DNA from: Octopus sinensis
Taxonomy: Eukaryota
Assembly (NCBI RefSeq): GCF_006345805.1
Contig: NC_043005.1
Coordinates: 32,488,001 to 32,552,000 of the forward strand
DNA length: 64,000 nucleotides
Direction: 5' to 3'
The notes under the pieces were generated by a model, which worked only from the letters and a program-made list of their open reading frames with translations, made no database searches and had not been told where the DNA came from. This document shows, piece by piece, positions 12,666 to 26,124 of this stretch. The position numbers and the translations under genes were made by a program. Each line of letters starts with the position of its first letter. Positions within the stretch are counted from its first letter, which is position 1.

Positions 12666-14669
12666 GTAAGAAATCAGTATTTCTGTTGGTATTTTAACAT
12701 CTATTTCTGTGACACTCTGCTCTCCTCTGATCACCTGAAGTATAGGACTTTTGAATTTAAAACAAATCATGACTAACATCCTTTTTTTTCCATTCCATTT
12801 TCTCTCCTATCATTCTTTAGCCTCCCCCACAACCTTTGCCTGACCGTAATCAGTTTTTTTTTCTTGTTGTTTTCTCTTATTATTTTCTTCTGTCTGCAAC
12901 ATCTGCAATATTCGATAACTCTGAGTTACAGCATCCATTGTCATAGCTGTCAACACAGTGATGCTGCTGCAGCACACTTGCACACATGCGCATGTATACA
13001 CTCACACACACACACACACATACACAGTTCCACTTAAATGTTAGTCTGCTCTGAATTAATGGTGACTTGATAGTGGCAGCAGTGAGGCTACTAATGTGAA
13101 CAGCAGCACCAACAGTAGTAGTAGTAGCAGCAGCAGCAATGGTGTGGTAGTGGAAGTAGTAGTGCTACTACTAATCACCACCACCACCACTACCACTACC
13201 ACTACTACTACTACTACTACAACAAGCGGTATTAGTAGTGGTAGGTAATGAAATTACCTGCTGAAGTAATAATATTGGTGTACAAAGACACCCAACACAC
13301 TAGTGGTTTACAGTGTATCGTCACTTAGCAGTGTTAATGTCAAACCATCAATGTCAACCATCAGTTCACATGTTTAAAACGGAGGAACGATGGACTGTGG
13401 GGGTAAGAAGCTTTGGACTTTTCTATATTTTCTCTTTCTTTTGTTTTTTTTTTGTTTTGTTTTAGTTTCAATTGATACCATCTGTTTGAAAGAGAGATCA
13501 TTCTCCACCACTATCATCTTCCTCCTCCTCTCTTTATTTTCTTTCTGTATGTGATACATAAGCCATCTTCCACATGTGTGTGCATTTTATGTAGGTTGTT
13601 AGCATTGCCATTGATGAAACAGTCAAATATGATGATAGTGATGTTAATAATAATAATAATAATAATAATAGTAATAATAATAATAACAATAATAATAATA
13701 TAATAATAATAATCTTCTGTCATAAAGTGACATAATGGATGGTTACAAAAGGAGTGGTGATTCTAGTGGAGTTTACTTGTAAATAATCAAAATAGCTGTG
13801 ATTTCTAGCACAGGTGCTAGGCCACACATTTTGTTGGGGTGTGGAAGTTTACTCAATTAGATTGACCTCTGACCTAGTATGTCCACTCAGAATGAGGAAA
13901 TGTAAACCAACCATGGTAGACTTCGATCTTAAAATGTAAAAGGTGGTGTGGAACTAAATATCACCAGATATTTTATAACGGTTTCTGTTTTTTTTTTGTT
14001 TTCTTAATTAAAATGATTTCTGCGACACAGTTATCATTATGTGCAATACCCTGCCACATCTTCAGTCACTGTTCTTCTGTTATACTAGTAGTGGAAGTGG
14101 TAGCCTTGGAGTAAAGGGGTATGGTGTGTTGTACCCCGCGTCTTTCTCAGAAAGAGAGAATTGATCCCCTAGTACTCAACAGGTTCCGACCCAAAATTAC
14201 TAGTTATAATTTGCCCCTAAAAGCAATAAACTCCTCTGCATGTGTGTGTTTCTAATGTAATCTTATGTTATGCTTCTCTTCATTTCAAAAGTGAATTTTG
14301 TTGTTTAAATCTCATGCCACCCGTTACTGAACAGATCTGTTGTATAGCTAGAATTACGTTTCCTCTATTAGACTTTAGGGTGTGATCTGAGGGAGATTTA
14401 TCTGTAGTTTCTTGCACATTACATGATCACTGAGAGAGTCTCTATTGTTGACATGATCGAGCTTTGTTTTGTTTAGATCTGATAGCCATGGTCTTCTTTA
14501 GTGTTATTGCACTGATGTGGCGAGGGTGGTAGTCATGTGGTGGTAGTAGTAGTTGTAAAACCAACTGACTACAGAAAACAGGTTCACATTATTTTGTTTC
14601 CTTTCTATTTTCACTATTCTATATCTAGAATACGGTTTATTTTGTGATCAATATTAAACACTTAGAAAG

Positions 14670-14682
<13 letters not shown>

Positions 14683-14705
<23 letters not shown>

Positions 14706-14950
14706 TTTCATTTATTTGCCACAAGGGGGAAGGATGAGTGAGACTAAACAGAAGCAGACATAAAGTGTGGGGGTTTACATATAATAAAATGATAAAAAAA
14801 AGTAAACAGTATACACTGGAAAAGAAGGGACATATGCATAGCATACAAAGGTAAAAAAAAAATCTAAAAAAAGGTGGCCCTTCTCATACAGGCATGCCTC
14901 TATGGATAATCAAGGAACCCCACTGTCTGAGATTCCCCTGAAACCCTAGG
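14683..14950 (-). mobile_element. Probable LINE 3' end with AATAAA and (ATT)n tail
   Basis: The minus strand reads ...GTGGCAAATAAATGAAATC then (ATT)n. Clade not determined. Confidence 0.45.
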
Positions 14951-16543
14951 AGCAAGTGTCCTCTCCAATTCTTTCTCTCCAACTCATAGGTCTACACTTA
15001 GAGAGGTACCATCCACTATATTATATCAATATTTGTCTTAACTGACTATTGAAAATTTCATGCCTGACTTTTCACAAAAAGAAAGAAAATAGGAAAAAAG
15101 TCACCCCTCTTACCACTATCTTACATATTTTATTCTAATTTAAGATTGGTGAAATATTTCTGAGTTCTTTTCCATTTGAAATGTATAATAGTTTGGTAAT
15201 TGTTCAGATTATGTATATGAAATCATAAACGTAAGATTTTCAATTTGGTTTGATATAAAAGCTTAGTTTTTGTGAAAATGGTCATTTTGTATGTGAGGCT
15301 ACTCTATGTATTATATCATTCTGTATGTAAGGCTTACTTGTGACATTATAATCAAAGTGAAAATTGCAATCATATACATTATGTCATTCTTCTACATCCA
15401 TTTTCCATTCTGGCATACGATGGACAGTTTGCCAAGATCCAGTGGGTCAGATGACTATATTGCGCTCTAATGTCTCAGTTTTGGTATTGCTTCTATGGCT
15501 CCATGCTCTTCCTAGCATTAGCATTTTTTCCATGGGACCAGGATTATAGAGGTTACCTTGTTATTGGCAAAACTTTAGAGCCATCTGAAGGTCTGTATTG
15601 TTGCTACTTGGTTTGATTTACCATCCATTTATAGTGCATCAACATTAGTGGGATCACTTTGCTACTTGCAAAGCAAAAGAGAAGCTTCTATAATGGTTGA
15701 AGACTGGAACAGATTAAATACTGTGTGTGGATGGTGATGGAAAGAATAATAGCAGAAATAGTGTTTGGCTGGGAATAATGGAGATGGGACAGGAAGATTA
15801 ATGTTAAAGTTTAGTCTAAGAGATTTAGGGAGGAGGTGGGTAAAGTAATGATGATGGTAGTATGCAGGGTAGGGTCCTAGGCTATCCTACATTGTAAGGT
15901 TGAGTATGAGTGAAGAGTGGAAGGGATATGAAAGAGAGCAAAGAGATAAAGATGATGTGAATCAAAAGCATCACTGAAATAAAGAAAGGTGTTGGATGGT
16001 GAAGGTAACCCAGAGCTGGTGTTGAGGTGGTGAGGACAATGAAAGAAAAGAAGGCAGAGAAGAGTGATAGATGGCAGTGAATGAGCAAAAATCTCAGGGA
16101 TATGAATGATAGAGTGATGGTTGAAGTAAGTAAGGAGATTGATGGAGGAGGGAATGTGGGTACAGGTAGAATGATGAGGACTGGTGCTCACTAGCGCCTT
16201 TCTCTTTAACTGCTGGTTGACTCTTGTTTTGAGACTTAATTTTGGTAGATGGAAACTATAAGAAGCCCATTGTGTAGTGTGTTATTTTTGCCTTGGCATG
16301 TGTTCACTAAATTTAAAGGGATGTCAACTATTTTACAAATGGTGTTATTTGTTTACAGCCCTCTGTAAAAGCATATGCAACCATTGAACTGTTTGTTATT
16401 GGAGAGACAAGGGGAAATATTAACCTGATTTGGAACATGCGAGTGTTGGTGACAAGAAATGTATTTAGCCATTGAAGTAACTTCTGATTCATGCAAAAGT
16501 GAATGTTAAACTGATGTTAATATTTGACTGTCTGTCTAAGGTA

Positions 16544-16670
16544 GGCGCAATTGTGGCTGTTTGCTTCTCAGCTGGTTTTAGGTTCAGTTCCACTACATGG
16601 TGTCTTGAACAAGTGTCTTCCACTATAGCCCTAGGCCAACCAAAGCCTTGTGAGTGCATTTGATAGATGT
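16544..16670 (+). mobile_element. tRNA-derived SINE head, decayed
   Basis: GGCGCA..TGTGGCTGT...GGTTCAGTTCCACT...CAAGTGTCTTCCACTATAGCC...AAAGCCTTGTGAGT. Confidence 0.75.
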
Positions 16671-16863
16671 GACTTCTGTTCCCACCTCTTCATTACTCAT
16701 CTTCTTAGTCATTACATTGTTGCATGTGTTATGACACAGACATTGGTTTTCTTTAGATTTAATCACTATATCATCCTATCTTTCTTCTACATGAAGTCTG
16801 TGTGACAAAGGGTGGCATCAAATTCGTCCATACTCAATAATAATAATAATTATAATAATAATG

Positions 16864-17068
16864 ATCCTTTCTTCTAAAGGCACAAAACCTGAAATGTTGG
16901 GTGAGGGAACTAGTTGATTACATCAACCCTAGTACTTATTTTATCAACTCCAAAAGGATGAAAAGCGAAGTTGACTATGGCGGAATTTGAACTCAGAACA
17001 TAAGAACAAATGAAATACTTCAAAACATTTTCCCGGTGCGCTAATAATTCTGCCAGCACACTGCCTTG
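16864..17068 (-). mobile_element. tRNA-derived SINE (Nin/Meta-like central domain) with (ATT)n tail
   Basis: GTACTTATTTTATCAAC.C..AAAGGATGAAA.G..AAGTTGAC motif, B-box-like GAGTTCAAATTC on the minus strand, adjacent (TAA)n. Confidence 0.75.
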
Positions 17069-17073
17069 GACTA

Positions 17074-17712
17074 GGTATTGAATATCAACTCAGTGAAAAA
17101 GAATATATACCACACAAGTGCAACAGACATCTGCAAAATGTGTGGGAAGAGGGTCAAAAGCATGACTAACATTGTTAGTGATTGTAAAAGTCTTGTGAAG
17201 AAAGAGTATAAGTGTAGACAAGATGAGGTTATGGGTACTTGGTACCAACATTCACCAGAAAAGGTAATGGATGAAAAGGGAAGGCAAAAATCCTCTGAGA
17301 TTTTGACTTCCAGACAGACAAGGTGTTAGAGCACCGAAGGCTGGATATAATAAGCTTTAGGAGAGACAAACAAGTGCTTAATTATTGATGTGGCAGTGCC
17401 AGGAGATCAAGATCTCATCATGAAAGAAAGAGAAAATGTTGATAAATATGGTGACCTGAGAATTGAGATTGCTAAGATTTGGCAGCTATGAGAGCCAAAC
17501 ATAAAAGTTATCCCTATTGTCATCAGAGCATTGGGTTCAATACCACCCAATGTAAAGACCTTAGAAATACCCTTTGATCTAGATGTATTGCAAAAGTCAG
17601 CATTACTTGGAACTGCATGCATATTGCTTAAAGTAGTGTCTGTCTGAAGTCCTTGTGACTTGACAAACAGTACAAACCCCTGGAAGACAGTATCTTCAAT
17701 CAACAACCTCAC
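17074..17712 (+). mobile_element. R4/Dong-clade non-LTR retrotransposon 3' fragment (zinc knuckle plus restriction-like endonuclease)
   Basis: Across frames: CKMCGK..SM.NIVSDC..L.KKEYK; DFDFQTDKVLEHRR.DI..; LIIDVAVPGD; KYGDLRIEIAKIW; VIPIVI.ALGSIP; LQKSALLGTA.ILLKV. This is a PD-(D/E)xK REL C-terminus. Confidence 0.85.
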
Positions 17713-18149
17713 AATATTGTATATTTCGGATAAAGTACCATTTCTCAACTGGTACTTATTTCATCAACTCTGAAAGGATGAAAGTCAAAATTGACCTTGT
17801 TGTTTGGCCCTAAGTCAATTCTGAATTATAAGACCTATGATGGAAAGTATTCAAACAGTAACCTGTGAATCTCTTGTTTTTTCATGTAAAGACCTGGTCC
17901 CTTTGTATGGTCTCTGTATGTGCAACCTAGGGCATGTGTTTTTGAGGAAGACTGGCAGTAAACCAAACATGTGAGCCTATTCTCTTTATGCTACCATGGG
18001 CTAATACAACCTAACATATCATTGCAGGGATTGTTGTGTGAATGCAAAGGGTTTAAACAGACACCACAAGGTAGATTGCCCAACCCACTAACACTTCCAT
18101 CAACCTATCATCTTGGATTAGTATGTTTTTTTTTAAAAGATTCTCCTTC

Positions 18150-18270
18150 TCCCAAAGGATGAAAAGCAAAGTTGACTTTGATGGAATTTGAACTTTGAGT
18201 TTAGAGAATCAGAATAAATACTGAGACATTTTTCCAATGCTCTACCAACTCTGTCAGTTTACTGTCCTTG
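18150..18270 (-). mobile_element. Nin/Meta-like SINE fragment
   Basis: AAAGGATGAAAAGCAAAGTTGAC...GGAATTTGAACT motif. Confidence 0.6.
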
Positions 18271-18664
18271 TGTGTCTCATGCTGCAGTATCCTACCTCTT
18301 TTCTGTTTTAGAATCATCAGCTGTGCTTTTAGGGAGACTTGGTTGCTACTTCTATCAGACTGAGCAACTGTATAGGTACTCCTAGTGATTTCTAACATTT
18401 TGGATTTAAGGTTGTATTAACTCCAGTACTTGCACCTTTCTTTTGTCATAGCCAGAAGAATGAAAACCAAAAATGAGCTCAGGACATAAAAGAATAATAA
18501 GGATGTTGCAACTGATTCAGGCACAAGGCCAACAATTTGAAGGGAGTGGGGTTACACCACCCACTCACACTATGTAACTAGTATTTGAACTCATAAACAA
18601 AAGAGTTAATACTGCAAAACTTCTTTTCCAGTAGTCTACAATAATAATAATCATCATCAATAAT

Positions 18665-18920
18665 AGCCCTCAGAAGGATGAAAAGCAAAGCTGACCTAGG
18701 CACTGGAGTGGCTGTGTGGTAAGTAGCTTGCTTACCAACCACATGGTTCTAGGTTCATTCCCACTGTGTGGCACCTTGGGCAAGTGTCTCCTATAGCCTC
18801 GGGCTGACCAAAGCCTTGTGAGTGGATTTGGTGTAATTTGAATTCAGAATGTAGCAATGGGCAAAATACCGCTAAGGATTTCATCCGTCGCACTAACGAT
18901 TCTGCCAGCTTAACACCTTC
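18665..18920 (-). mobile_element. Nin/Meta-like SINE interrupted by a + strand CORE-like SINE head (18699-18832)
   Basis: The host sequence ...AAAGCTGACCT | AATTTGAATTCAGAA... is split by GGCACTGGAGTGGCTGTGTGG...GGATTTGGT. Confidence 0.75.
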
Positions 18921-19278
18921 AATAATATTAATAATAATTTGTAGAAAGAGTCACTGTGAGACCTTTGACAACAGGTTGCTGTCTGCTCTCACAGAATTAA
19001 CCAGAGCAAGTTAGATCAAAAGCACTGAGAAGTAAAATATAATAACTAGCAGGACCTGTGAAAATTCTACAGTGTAAGTCAGCATATTTAAAAACATTGT
19101 TATATTAAACACAAGCAAGGAATTTCTAAAAATTTTAAGCAAACTACTTTTAAATATAATCAAAATGAATTTTAGAAGGTATTGCTTATTTATTTCTTTT
19201 AATATATTTGGCAGATGTGATGTACTTTATGATTTAAGAAAGTAAAAGATAAACTAAAATAAAACCTATTCACACATA

Positions 19279-20524
19279 CAGGGGTTGGATAAAATAATGG
19301 AAGCACCTAGCATCATGGCATCATAAGTTTGAAATATCTATAAAACCGTTGAAAGCTTGTTTATTTTTATGTTTTTTTTATTTATTATTAGTATTGCTTA
19401 ATAAGTTTTGCTAAAATTGTTGTTTCTTTTCAGATATCATTAGAAAAAGATAATTAAAATTCATTAAAATGACAAATCTATCCGACTTTCAAAGAGGTCA
19501 AATTGTTGGTGCTCGTATGGCAGGCGCTAGTGTAACGAAACAGCTGAGATGTTTTGGTGTATCAAGATACTGTCTCAAAAGTAATGACAGTCTTTGAGAA
19601 GGATGGAAAAATCTCCTCATCAAAACAAAACTCCGGAAGAAAACCAAAACTTTCAGATAGGGACCGTTGGACTCTTACATGAATTGTTAGAAAGGATCAC
19701 AAAATACAGCTCCCAAAATTCCGACAGAGCTTAATGATTACCTCAAGAACTCAGTTTCCACAAAAACTGTTCGTTGGGAGCTGCACAAAGCCAGATTTCA
19801 TAGGGGGGTGCAATCAGAAAACCACTACTTTCAAAAACAAGCGTTGCAAAGCATTTAGAGTGGAGTAAAAATCAACAGAATTGGTCCCTAGAGCTGTAGA
19901 AGAATGTTATTTTCTTGGATGAGTCATCCTTTACCTTATTTTCAATCACCAGCCAAGTATACGTGTGGAGACAGCCAAAAGAAGCATTTGACCCAGACTG
20001 CCTTCTTCCAACTGTTAAACATGGAGGAGGATGTGGGATGATCTGGGGGGCTATATCTTGGAAATCTGCTAGCCCAATGGTTCCCCTTCATGGCAGAATT
20101 AATAGTCAAGACTATTAAGCATTTTATCTGATCAAACTCATCCTATGGTTGCAGAACTGTTTCTGGAGGAAAACACAATCTTTCAGGATGATAATGCACC
20201 AATTCACACAGCTAAGGTTGTTACTGAATGGCACAAGGAACATCTTATCTAGCCACCAGAGTCCCCAGATCTCAGTGTTATTGAACATTTATGGTGCAAT
20301 TTAGAAAACAAGTAAGGAGTCGATATCCTCCACCATCATCACTACAAGAACTGGAGACTGTTTAGCTGAAGAATGGACAAAAATTCCTTTGGAAACAATT
20401 CAAACCTTGTATGAGTCCATACCTCATAGAATTCAAGCTGTAATTACTGCCTAAGGTGGTCCTGCCCCATATTAAAGTAAATTTGTTTGAAATTTTAAAG
20501 TGTTTCCATTATTTTGTCCAACCC

Positions 20525-20527
<3 letters not shown>
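19279..20527 (+). mobile_element. Tc1/mariner transposon, full length, decayed
   Basis: ~28-bp TIRs CAGGGGTTGGATAAAATAATGGAAGCAC / GTGTTTCCATTATTTTGTCCAACCCCTG; TA TSD on both sides. Confidence 0.95.
19469..20475 (+). pseudogene. Tc1-type DDE transposase pseudogene
   Basis: MTNLSDFQRGQIVGARMAGASVT; FLDES; PTVKHGGG..MIWG; FQDDNAPIH; SPDLSVIEHLW; GGPAPY*. Multiple frameshifts and stops. Confidence 0.92.
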
Positions 20528-20557
<30 letters not shown>

Positions 20558-20588
20558 TATATATACCACACACACACTCATATAACTT

Positions 20589-20622
<34 letters not shown>

Positions 20623-20719
20623 CATATAACTTTATATATATATATATATATATATTACACACACACACTCATAATAATATTATATATATATATATATACA
20701 CACACACACTCATATAACT

Positions 20720-20759
<40 letters not shown>

Positions 20760-20812
20760 TCATATAACTTTATACACACACACACACACACACATGTGTG
20801 TGTGTGTGTGTA
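20528..20812. repeat. Compound minisatellite [(TA)n-(CA)n-CTCATATAACTT] x5-6
   Basis: The unique core CTCATATAACTT recurs between variable TA and CA runs. Confidence 0.9.
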
Positions 20813-21009
20813 TAAAATTACATTTTTCACTGTCCAACCACTATCAAGGCTTAATTGAGTTATTTACCAATTGAGATTATTTCAATTTCCTTTCATTTCA
20901 GTTAATTTCAGCTACATATCTACTTGTATATCTATTAATATATCTCTCTATCTGCATATCTGCTGATATGTTTGTAGATCCACCTGTCTACCTATCTATC
21001 TAGTCCTTT

Positions 21010-21630
21010 ATATTGACTCCAGCACTCAACTAGTACTTATTTTATCAACCCTGAAAGGATGAAAGGCAAAGTTGATCTTAGTGGAATTGGAATTGAAAAT
21101 GTAATTATGGACAAATTGTCACTAAGAATTTTGTTCAGCATGCTAATGATTCTGCCAGTTTGCTGTCCTAATAGTAGTAATAATAGTGGTTTCAAATTTT
21201 GGTATGGGGCCAATAGTTTTTGATGGAGGAGTAAGTGGATTACATCAACTCTCTATGCCTGACTGGTACTTATTTTATCAATTCCAGAAGGTTGAAAGGC
21301 AAAGTTGACCTCAGCAGAATATGAACTCAGGACATAAAGATTGTGAAATACTGTTAAACATTTTGTCCAGTATGTTAACTATTTTGCCAGTTGACTGTCC
21401 TTGTATAATAATAATAATAATAATGATGTTGGACCCTGATGTCGAAGATGATGTATGAGTGTTCAGCTTCTGCAAAACGACCTACACAAATGATTTGTTT
21501 ATAATCATAAAATGTTCAAGTCACACACTAGCTCAATCTCTCCATCAAATCGACATTGTCTGAATAGGTGCGCAGTGTAACATGCATTGGGTGTTGAAGT
21601 GACTGCAGAGCAATGTGAGATTAAGTGTTT

Positions 21631-21665
<35 letters not shown>

Positions 21666-21870
21666 CCTTTCTACTATAGGTACAATGCCTGAAATTTTTT
21701 AGGGAAAGGGGGCTAGTCAATTACATTGACCCAGTCCTTAACTGGTACTTATTTCATTGACCCCGAAAGGATGGCAGGCAAAGTTGACCTCAGTGAAATT
21801 TGAGCTCAGAACATAAAGATGGATGCTATGCTTGTGACCATTTGTTTTGTGTGCTAATGATTCTCATTGT
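21010..21870 (-). mobile_element. Cluster of three Nin/Meta-like SINEs (~21010-21170, 21187-21402, 21664-21870)
   Basis: Three copies of the TACTTATTT..AT..AC.C.GAAAGGATG..AGGCAAAGTTGA motif, with (TAA)n-like tails. Confidence 0.8.
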
Positions 21871-22513
21871 CCTCAAATCATAACACTGATAAGAAAAGAT
21901 TTTTCCAATTGAAAAAAGTATGTATTGATGGGAACTAAATCAGTTTGCATATGAAAATGATTTGCAGGATTTGAGTGAATGAAAGGATATAGAGACACTT
22001 TTGAATGTCTAGAACTGTTGCTGCTGAAGGAAGTAGAGAAAAGATAAAACATTGAAAAAAGTTAATTAGGACATAACAATATCAGTTTATTTATATGTTC
22101 TATTAAGCATGATACTTTGAGTTTCATGTGAAGAAGAAATGGCAAATTATAATGTTTGTGCTTTTCTTCTGGTTAATAAGGAAGGCAATGAATTCAGTAA
22201 TTCCAACTTCCAGATTTCAAGCAAACAATTAAAATAATTTCTTAAACACAGTGTCTCACCTTTTGTGGGAAGTGTATAAGCTGTTTACTGGTATATAGTA
22301 ATGTGTCAGTATAACATTGGTATATTATTATATTTGATAGAGTGAATGTGCAAGTTGATTCTGGATTGGGTTTGAATTCCTGAAAGAAGACATCTCATTT
22401 GCTTCCATGCTTCCACTGATTCTGTGACATTTCACACTAAGTAATCTTTCTAGCTGAAATGTAAAGGGATGTGGGTGTGATGATTGATTTGATCTTTTAT
22501 CATGTTTTATTAA

Positions 22514-22730
22514 CCCTTTTGATAACCAACCCACCTGAGATGTCCTTAGTTCTAAGATTAAAACTTCCTGTTTCAAAGTGATCTAAGTTAAAAACCCCTT
22601 CCTTCAAAATTTCATGTTATGCTCTAAATACCAGCTTAATCACGATGAAATTATTTTTGATTCTTCATTATTAAAAAAATAAATTCAATCATAAGCTGTG
22701 TATTTCAACAGAATAGGGTAGTAAAAGCAT
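22514..22730. mobile_element. TTAA MITE family A
   Basis: TTAA-CCCTTTTGATA...AAAAGCAT-TTAA; opposite orientation to 54631-54844. Confidence 0.65.
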
Positions 22731-23404
22731 TTAAGCCTAGACTATTTGTATTTTTTCTCCCCTCTGAAACAGAAGAGATGGAATGGAGATTTCATGTTTT
22801 TTTAACTTCTAAATAGGATTCATATTTTATTAACTCGAGCGTATTAGTTTCTTCTGAGTACACCACACTTCATATTAATAATATTTCTGTGAACTAAACA
22901 AATGCCAGTCATGTCACAGAGTAGACCTCATTGATACACACAAGTTTGGGAGATCACCAATTCTTATTTTCTTAACAATGAATTGATAACACAACTTAAA
23001 CATATGAACATAGTGGTAAAAATAGCAGTGATTTATCTTGACAAGGCCAAATTCTACCTGTTCAAGCTACAAGTTCATTGAATCAATTACAATATTTGTT
23101 TTATCAGGTAGCATGAAAATCTAGTTGGTTAAAATGGGATTCCAACCAAAGTAAGTAGAATAAAGCATCTCAGCCATGTGTCTGTATCAGAGATTATTTC
23201 TTGCATAAACATACCAATTGAATGAAAAGTGGGAAGTTTTGGTAATGATGCATTCTTCAGAAGGTAATATCAGAAATTTTAGCAAAACCAAACTGTTCAT
23301 TGATAAGGTTTAAAAAAACCAATCATTTGCAAGAAAATAAAACAAAATCTCTGTCTCTGTCTGTCTGTCTCGCTCTCTCTCATGCACACACGCACGTGTG
23401 CGCG

Positions 23405-23452
<48 letters not shown>

Positions 23453-25479
23453 GCTGCATGGCTGTTTTGCAACCAAGTGGTTTCAGATCTGGACCTATTG
23501 TGTGACATCATAGGCAAGTGTCTTGGGGTGACCTCTTCGGTTTGAGACACATTAGATAAATAGATTCTGTATGGAAGTCCTTTGTGTGTGTCTGTGTTAA
23601 AGTATATATGAAGGTCTTAGGTACTGTTTCCTGCCTCTGTATATGTTTATTACATGTCTTGATATTGACACAGTTTCAGTAGCAATGATGTTTTGATACA
23701 TGTAGGAAGAGGTAATAGAAACAAAAGACCTACTGAAGTAGTATGATGGAAGAAGAATTAGTGAAATGAGGGAGGCAGTGATGGAAGAGGGAGTACTGAA
23801 AGTGAAGAGTGATGAGAGAGATTGATGGGTAGAAATTAGGATGAGTGATTGTGTGTATTTATGTATATGGTGGATATCCCTAAATGATAATGAGTAAATG
23901 GGGAGAGAAGAGAAAGAAAGTGAGTGGTGTCTATCAATAAAGGTGTTAGTAGGGGCAGATTTGATATTTGTCTCTCATGATACATGTGGTATGATGGTGT
24001 CACAGAGGTGATGATAAAAAGTTCAATATCCAAATGCCAATATCCATCACCACCACTTTTTAGCAGCAGATTCACTATATTTGAATAGGTATGTGGGTCT
24101 TGTCCAGCAAAATACCATGCATTGCAGTCCTTTGTCATGCTCATTAGTATTACATGCCCACTGCAGCATACTTCAACTCTTTCCTTGCCTTTGCAAATCT
24201 TTTACATTCAACCTCTATATCTTCCCACCATGTAACATCACATTTTAGGCTCATGCTTCCTCCTCAGAGATGGAAATCCTTTACAACAAGCAGAAATCAT
24301 TCTCCTCTTACCCTGTTCATATTCTAGCTGTTATGTTTTCAGAACACTCACCTCCATTGTTAAATACGTTCCCCAGGGAATCTTCTGGGTATTTAAAGGA
24401 ATTTATTGACTGCCCTTGTGTATCTGCCACATACAAACTTCACCTTTTCTATCTGTCTGAGATTCTGCCACATGTTTTGTGTGTTCATAGTTTACATGAG
24501 CTACTCTGTATTTCTACCTGTATTTTTTCTGCACATATTAAACATGGTCACTTCCCTCTCTTTTCTTGTTAGTAAAACTTTCTTGATTTTGTTTCCATGT
24601 CTGGAATTTACTCTTCAAATCTTCTCTAGATTCAGCTGTAAGAACTCAACCATTATCATACAAGAGTTTCCATCAATAGCTGGTATTAAACTCTTTTGTT
24701 GTCGCTCAGGAGGGACCTCTACCAGCATGCCATGTTAAATTTGTCACAGATTGCATTGCTGACCATTCTCTACATGACTTGTATGACTCACAAACCATTC
24801 ATCTAACCCTAGTTTTCGTAGCAATCACTGAACTGCACAATGCGAAATCTTATCTTATCCAGGTTAACAATTGCTAAGTACTTCCCCTGTAATAGTCTTA
24901 CAAGAAAGAAGACATTTGTAGTGCCTCCTAGTGATATAAATCTTGCCAAAGTTGAACTAAAAACCAGTTATGTACTGGGATCTATTTAATCAGCTACATT
25001 GCCCCCTTAAATTTCTGTCACTTGCAGTTATTTTTGATTTCTTCCCAAACAAAGGGATTCCTTATTTTGTTTTATTTTTGTCAAATAAGGCTGGGGTGTT
25101 TGAAAAGTCAGTTTCCACTGACAATTTCCTGTCAGTGGCAAGTCATCATCATCTTTAAGGGTGATGACAGAGATGATATTAATATTGGCAATACACCCTG
25201 GTTCTCAATAAAAGAAATTCATTAATATAATCCACAGAAGAGTGGCTGTGTGGTAAGTAGCTTCCTTACCAACCACACAGTTCCGGGTTCAGTCCCACTG
25301 CATGGCAATTTGGGTAAGTGTCTTCTACTATAGCCTCGGGCCGACCAAAGCCTTGTGAGTGAATTTGGTAGCTGGAAACTGAAAGAAGCCCATCATATAT
25401 ATATATATATATATATATGTATATGTATATATATATGTATATGTATATATATATGTTTATGTATATGTATATATGTATG

Positions 25480-25512
<33 letters not shown>

Positions 25513-25565
25513 GTATATGTATATATATATATGTATATGTATATATATATATGTATATATATATA

Positions 25566-25895
25566 TGGCCCCGTGTCGGTGGCACGTAAAAGCACCATCC
25601 GTTCGTGTCCGTTGCCAGCATCGCCTGGCCCCGTGCCGGTGACACGTAAAAGCACCATCCGTTCATGGCCGTTCGCCAGCTCTGTCTGGCACCTGTGCAG
25701 GTGGCACGTAAAAAACACCCACTACACTCGCGGAGTGGTTGGCGTTAGGAAGGGCATCCAGCCGTAGAAACACTGCCAGATCTGACTGGGCCTGACGAAG
25801 CCTTCTAGCTTCACAGACCCCAGTTGACCCGTCCAACCCATGCTAGCATGGAAAACGGACGCTAAACGATGATGATGATGATGATGATGATGATG
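25566..25895 (+). mobile_element. RTE-LINE 3'UTR fragment inserted in a SINE microsatellite
   Basis: Three GTGCCGGTGGCACGTAAAA-type modules, AGGAAGGGCATCCAGC and a (GAT)n tail. Confidence 0.85.
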
Positions 25896-26092
25896 TATAT
25901 GTATATATATATATGTATTATGTATATGTATATATATTATATGTATATATATGTATGTATATATATATTATATGTATATATGTTATGTATATATATATAT
26001 ATGTATGTATATATATATAGTATATGTATATATATATATATAATATATATATATGTATTGTATATATGTATATGTTATATATATTATATATG

Positions 26093-26124
<32 letters not shown>

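Noticed and set aside
19279-20527. Possible Fanzor/TnpB cargo in the Tc1, MULE, Helitron or piggyBac elements
   Set aside because: Element lengths are largely accounted for by transposase remnants and terminal sequence; I found no RuvC/zinc-finger TnpB motifs in any listed ORF.
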